Positions 59,334 to 64,000 of a stretch of DNA of 64,000 bases are shown here, in pieces; position 1 is the first letter of the stretch; the number at the start of each line of letters is the position of its first letter. The stretch spans positions 110 to 64,109 of the forward strand of contig JAGUYW010000002.1 in the NCBI GenBank assembly GCA_020061105.1, read 5' to 3'. The translations under genes and the position numbers were made by a program. The notes beneath the pieces are model-generated. The model was not told where the DNA came from, did not search any database, and saw nothing but the letters and a program-made list of their open reading frames with translations. This DNA is from Anaerolineales bacterium. GTDB lineage: Bacteria; Chloroflexota; Anaerolineae; Anaerolineales; UBA4823.

Positions 59334-62042
59334 TTACAGCAACCCCAGCTCCCGGGCTGCGGCGGTCGCCTCCAGACCGCTGTGCACATTTAACTTCTGG
59401 TAGATATTCTTGATGTGCCACTGCACGGTGCTGACCGCCACCACCAGCTCGGCGGCAATGTCCTCGTAGGTCATCCCGGCGGCGATCAGGCGCAGCACCT
59501 GCAGCTCACGCTCGCTGAGCTGCTCCACCAGTCCAACCTGGTGGATGGGCGTAACTGGGCAGCCTTTCACAGCGCTGAAGGCTTTGCGCAACCGGTAAAC
59601 ATATTCCTCCGAAAGCGGGCTTTTCCACTGGCGGCTGTTGGCGGCGTGCAGGTAAGCCAAGACGGCGGCCAGCGGCTGCCCCAGATCTACAAATATCCGC
59701 AGATACCCCTCCGGCTCGGCTAGAAGCAGCGCTTGCTCCAGGGTTTGCAGCGCCTGGCGAGTCTGGCCGCGGCGATGCTGCAGCAAGGCGCTCAAAGAAA
59801 GAATTTCGATCCGGCGCCCGTGCAATCCGTCCACCTGGGCGCGGCGGTCCAGTTGCTCAAGCAAACTTTGCGCTTCTGCCTGGCGATCCTGGGCGTAACA
59901 TAAACGCGCAAATACCAGCAAGCTAGAAAGCGGCGCAACGTGCGATGATAAGTCACTTGCGCTAAAATCTGCCAGCCCGGCCTGCTGGCTCCAGTATTCC
60001 GCTGCCGCCAGGTCATTATTCTCCAGGCCGAGCCGCGCTCGCAAGGCATCGATGAAGGCGATATCCTGGGTATTGCGGCTGTGCAGGCAAAGTTGGCGCG
60101 CTTCGTGGATATACTCGAGAGCTATTTCAGGGTTGCTGCAAGCGTTTTCAAGCCGCGCCATCGCCAGGAAACCTTCCCGGATAAAGACAAAATCGCCCCC
60201 CTGCTCTGCCAGCTTCAAGCCGCTTTCCAGGTTCTGGCGGGCTAACTCTAGCTTGTTCTGTTCGCGCAAAATATCACCGCTGCGGATCAGGTCGATACCC
60301 GCCAGGGCTGGCTCGGGATAAGCCTGAATGAACTGCGTCGCCTCAGCGAACATGCTCATCGCCACCCGCAATCGCCCTTGCTCCACGCGCAACAAGCCCA
60401 ATGAATTGACCCCTCCCAGGTAAGCCGCCAGGTTGTTAGCGATGCGCCCTTCTCGAATAGCCCACAGCAGGTCTTGCTCGGCTTGCTCGAAGCGCCCCTG
60501 CCCCAGGGCAATTTGCCCGCGGAACAATAAAGCCAGGCTGTGACGATCCAATTCTTCGGCGGGAATGCTCTGCAAAGCAAGCTCCAGGCTTTCCAGGGCT
60601 TTGTGCGGCTGGCTAAAGCGCAGCGCGCAAGCCCGCAGCAGATGGAGATTGCCCAGCGTCTCCTGGTGCGAATCTTCCTCGTCCTGGTAGAAACCAGAAG
60701 CCCGGCGCGCTTCCACAGCTTTTTGCGCGGCTTGCAGCAGCGGCTCTACTTTGTCGAATCGCCCCGCCGCTGTCAGCGACCAGGCGTAGCACAGGCACAG
60801 GTCGGGCTGCGAGTGTAGATATTTCTCCGGCAGCGCTTTCATCCAACCCAACATAGCCGGCGCGGCGCTGTGTTCGAAGATTTTGTGGCGCAGCGGGTAG
60901 ATCAGGCTGGCAGCGCGGTCATAATCACGCTGCAACAGGAAGTATTGCACGGCATCCCAGGTCAGTCCGTTGGTTTCGCACCAGTGGGCAGCGCGGTAAT
61001 ATAAGCTATCCACCTGTCCAGCGCGAGCTTGCACCAGCTTTTGCTGCAGAAACTCGGCCAACAGCGGGTGGTAACGATACCAGCAGTGATCCTGGTCGAG
61101 CGCTTCCAGGAACAGGTTGGCCTTTTCCAGCCTTTCCAGCATCTCTTGGCTGTCGCTGCGCCCGGTTACGGCGTTGCACAGGTAACCGTTCAGGCGCTTT
61201 AAGATGGATGTTTCCAGTAAAAACTGTTGGGCTTCCGGCGGCTGGCTGTTCAAGACCTGCTCCGCAAGGTAATCGCCGATCAAGCGGTTGGCGCCGGCAA
61301 AAAGGCGTACAAACTCCCCCGGGTTTGGGCTGCTTTGCAAAGCGTGGGCAGCCAGTTTCAGCCCAGTGATCCAGCCTTCAGTGCGCTCGTGCAGGATGTC
61401 AATGGCTTCACTCGAGAGCTTGACCTCTATTGCCAGGCGTAGATACTGGCGTGTTTCGTCAGGTGTGAAGCATAGATCACGGCTGCGCACTTCGATCATC
61501 TGGTCGCGGCTGCGCAAAGTGGTCAACGGCAGGTCAGGCTCGGCGCGGCTGATGATGACCAGGTGCATCTGCGGCGGCATGTGCCTGAGCAGCAGGTTCA
61601 CGCCGCCCAGCACCGCTGGATCTGTGACCAGATGGTAATCGTCAATTACCAATGCAAAGGGACGTGGGAACTGCTGGGTGATGCACATCACCAACGAGGT
61701 GACATCCTCCACAGTAGGTGCGCCTTGCCAGGCAGCCAACTCGGGAGCCCTGTGGCGGTTAAGAGAATTCAGCGCCTCACAGAAAGCGCTCCAAAAATAG
61801 GCCGGGTTGTTATCCTGCTCGTTCAGCGCCAACCAGGCCACCGGCGTCTTCTGGCCGCGGCTCGCCGAAACCGCCGCCGCCCATTCGCTGACCAGGGTAG
61901 TTTTACCAAAACCCGACGGCGCGCAGACCAGCGCCAGGCGCATCTTCAGGCTTTCATCCAGGCGCGCCAGCAGACGCTTGCGCGAAATATGCCTGGCGGG
62001 GCGAGAAGGGATTTCGAATTTGGCAGCGAGCAGACTTGGCAT
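59334..62042 (-). CDS. MalT-like LuxR-family regulator (STAND-TPR-HTH)
   Basis: APSGFGKTT, IDDYH, RTEGW, YRYHPL, LSERELQVL..HIKNIYQKL. Confidence 0.93.
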   Translation of the reverse strand: MPSLLAAKFEIPSRPARHISRKRLLARLDESLKMRLALVCAPSGFGKTTLVSEWAAAVSASRGQKTPVAWLALNEQDNNPAYFWSAFCEALNSLNRHRAPELAAWQGAPTVEDVTSLVMCITQQFPRPFALVIDDYHLVTDPAVLGGVNLLLRHMPPQMHLVIISRAEPDLPLTTLRSRDQMIEVRSRDLCFTPDETRQYLRLAIEVKLSSEAIDILHERTEGWITGLKLAAHALQSSPNPGEFVRLFAGANRLIGDYLAEQVLNSQPPEAQQFLLETSILKRLNGYLCNAVTGRSDSQEMLERLEKANLFLEALDQDHCWYRYHPLLAEFLQQKLVQARAGQVDSLYYRAAHWCETNGLTWDAVQYFLLQRDYDRAASLIYPLRHKIFEHSAAPAMLGWMKALPEKYLHSQPDLCLCYAWSLTAAGRFDKVEPLLQAAQKAVEARRASGFYQDEEDSHQETLGNLHLLRACALRFSQPHKALESLELALQSIPAEELDRHSLALLFRGQIALGQGRFEQAEQDLLWAIREGRIANNLAAYLGGVNSLGLLRVEQGRLRVAMSMFAEATQFIQAYPEPALAGIDLIRSGDILREQNKLELARQNLESGLKLAEQGGDFVFIREGFLAMARLENACSNPEIALEYIHEARQLCLHSRNTQDIAFIDALRARLGLENNDLAAAEYWSQQAGLADFSASDLSSHVAPLSSLLVFARLCYAQDRQAEAQSLLEQLDRRAQVDGLHGRRIEILSLSALLQHRRGQTRQALQTLEQALLLAEPEGYLRIFVDLGQPLAAVLAYLHAANSRQWKSPLSEEYVYRLRKAFSAVKGCPVTPIHQVGLVEQLSERELQVLRLIAAGMTYEDIAAELVVAVSTVQWHIKNIYQKLNVHSGLEATAAARELGLL

Positions 62043-62343
62043 GATGTTCTCTCTGTCGATGAAGTATTCGGTTACGGTTTATTATAGACCAAAATGTCGC
62101 CTGCGACATCCAACCTATGTAATAATATGTACACAAATACAGAAAAACTTTACCTACCGCAGCGGCGACCTGATGGCGAATGGGAATTTCACCATCAACG
62201 CCGACCGGCTGTTCCAGGAGATGATACTTCATGCTACAAATGCTGCCGCGTCCCGAGCGGATTTATCCCCAGATCGAAGAACTGGCGCGGCGCATTGCCG
62301 CGCGCCTGCCATGAACCCAATTCCATAGAAAGGGTGTTTGCTG

Positions 62344-63267
62344 ATGAACTTCACTGAACCGGCTGCCCTGGCTTACCTGGTTATTTACCTGGCTGCGCTG
62401 GTCGTTGCCATCTGGAAGCGGAAGACCTTCCCCTTGCAAGAGTCCATCATGGTGGTGGTAATCGTTGGCTTTGGGTTTACTGCCCTGGTGCATTGGCTCT
62501 TTCCGGTCTCTACTGGCGCGCCATCCCCGGCGCCTGTCTCGACTTCCGAATTAACCTTCACGGTGCTGTACCTGGCGGGCATCGCCGCGCTGCTGGTTTT
62601 CCCGCGCCCGATGCCGGAAGAATGGAAGGGCGATTTTGTCAAGAAAAGGCTTGTAGACACGGTCTTCAAGCTTAGCTTCTTTGTCGTCGTGCCCCTGGCC
62701 GCCTTACGCCTGATCTGGCAGACCCCCTGGCAGAGCCTGGGATTTCGCGCTGGCAATATCGAGGCCATCTGGCTGCCTACCCTGCTGCTGTGCCTGGTCT
62801 TTGGCGCGTTCAACCTGCTGGCGGGCAGCAGCGCCGCGCCGGTGCGCAAAGGTCAGTACAACGCCGGGCAAATCGGGCTTGGTTTCGCTCTGGCGCTGGC
62901 GTGGAACTTGTTGGAGGTGGGCCTGGTGGAAGAGTTCTTCTTCCGCGCCTTCCTGCAAGGCCGCCTGACCAGTTTTTTGGGTTCGCCATTATCAGGCGTG
63001 CTGATCGCCTCGCTGCTGTTCGGATTGGCGCACGCCCCCGGTATCTACCTGCGCAAGGGCGATCAGCACGGCCCCCTGGGCGAAAAACCCAGCCTGTTGA
63101 ACGCCATTCTCTACACCATCCTGGTTCTCAGCCCGACCGGCTGGTTCATGGGATTACTCTACTGGCGCACCCAAAGCCTGCTGGCGCCTATCCTGGTGCA
63201 CGCCGTGGTCGATTCAGTGGCGCATTTGCCGTTGTTTATCGAGGGGGTGATGATTCACCGCTCGTAA
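62344..63267 (+). CDS. CPBP (Abi/CAAX) intramembrane metalloprotease
   Basis: EEFFFRA, FGLAH, HAVVD. Confidence 0.88.
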   Translation: MNFTEPAALAYLVIYLAALVVAIWKRKTFPLQESIMVVVIVGFGFTALVHWLFPVSTGAPSPAPVSTSELTFTVLYLAGIAALLVFPRPMPEEWKGDFVKKRLVDTVFKLSFFVVVPLAALRLIWQTPWQSLGFRAGNIEAIWLPTLLLCLVFGAFNLLAGSSAAPVRKGQYNAGQIGLGFALALAWNLLEVGLVEEFFFRAFLQGRLTSFLGSPLSGVLIASLLFGLAHAPGIYLRKGDQHGPLGEKPSLLNAILYTILVLSPTGWFMGLLYWRTQSLLAPILVHAVVDSVAHLPLFIEGVMIHRS

Positions 63268-63310
63268 AATCGCCGCATGGTTTTCCCGGGCAGGTGTTCA
63301 TTCCAAGAGA

Positions 63311-64000
63311 TCATGATGGAGTCATATCAACTACCGCCTGGCGTATTGCACGCAAGTTTTCCAGGGGAGTGAGTAAAGGCACAGCGCACTCAGGACCGAC
63401 AACAGCTACCCCTGCGGCAATGGCATACTTTGCCTGTAAATAAGCAGCTTCTGGTTTACCGTTTAAGAGCGTCTCGGGATTATTCACATTTCCTAATAAA
63501 GCCAAGCGCTGCCCGGCTGGCGCAGATGTATTGACTTTTTCAATAGCTTTTTTCGCATCTACCTTTGAGTCGAAGTGAAACCCATGAAATCCAGAAAAAG
63601 CAATATACTCAATGCGATCGAGGGTATTTCCACAGATATGTAGAACAAGCGGAAAGTTCAAGCGGCTGGTTAATTGCTTATGGAAAGGCAGCAGCAGATC
63701 GCGATACATTCTTCCGCTGACCAGGTCGCCGGTAGCGTGATCAGCTACACAGATTACATCTGCACCTGCAGCAATTTGCGCATTGGCAAACAAAATCGTA
63801 ACATCCATCAACCTTTCGAGGAATCGGTTTACCTTTTCCGGCTCCAGGATTGTTGCCATTAAGAAATCCTGGACCCCATGCATATGGTAGGCTAGCGTCC
63901 ATGGCCCCATTACTTTGCCAACGATTGCTGCCCGTTCTCCATAGGCTTTCTTAAGCAGTTGAAGCGCTTGTAAAACCGTGGCGGTCGAGGGCTGCTCCAA
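63311..64000 (-). CDS. MtaA/CmuA-family (UroD-like) corrinoid methyltransferase, 5' partial
   Basis: GPWTLA, QIAAGAD, LHICG and GPECAVP Zn ligands, GNVNN. Confidence 0.82.
   Translation of the reverse strand: MEQPSTATVLQALQLLKKAYGERAAIVGKVMGPWTLAYHMHGVQDFLMATILEPEKVNRFLERLMDVTILFANAQIAAGADVICVADHATGDLVSGRMYRDLLLPFHKQLTSRLNFPLVLHICGNTLDRIEYIAFSGFHGFHFDSKVDAKKAIEKVNTSAPAGQRLALLGNVNNPETLLNGKPEAAYLQAKYAIAAGVAVVGPECAVPLLTPLENLRAIRQAVVDMTPS

Noticed and set aside
62094-62357. Small ORF(s) between the MalT-like and CPBP genes
   Set aside because: No recognisable motif or RBS; possibly a remnant, but unsupported

Overview
A GC-rich bacterial chromosomal segment, probably Chloroflexota/Anaerolineae (inferred from gene content: a BTAD-NB-ARC-TPR regulator, a MalT-like regulator, and a CSLREA protein with an FLPLI C-terminal motif). 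I see no rRNA, tRNA, integrase or CRISPR array. Main observations: (1) a Moco/Wco-class riboswitch (P3-less variant with an extra hairpin) and a Rex-like box head an operon of NTPase, ECF ATPase, S component, a Cys-less molybdopterin-binding-fold lipoprotein, EcfT, FmdE and MoeA, which is a candidate molybdo/tungstopterin salvage importer; (2) a hidden UGA-readthrough DsrE/YchN selenoprotein lies beside an octaheme tetrathionate reductase / 7-heme-cytochrome b / YeeE / YeeE-rhodanese sulfur cluster; (3) a kinase-STAND-TPR gene split by one in-frame TAG is translationally coupled to an SA-NUDIX-like gene (candidate conflict system); (4) a probable Na+ (DUF1646) riboswitch precedes a Na+,H+-type membrane pyrophosphatase; (5) a Met-rich thioredoxin lipoprotein/CcdA/two-component/DoxX/orphan SdhA-like block may be an oxidative-stress module. 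There are also several gene remnants and REP-like palindromes. All family assignments are by eye from motifs and memory of the families; no searches were run.
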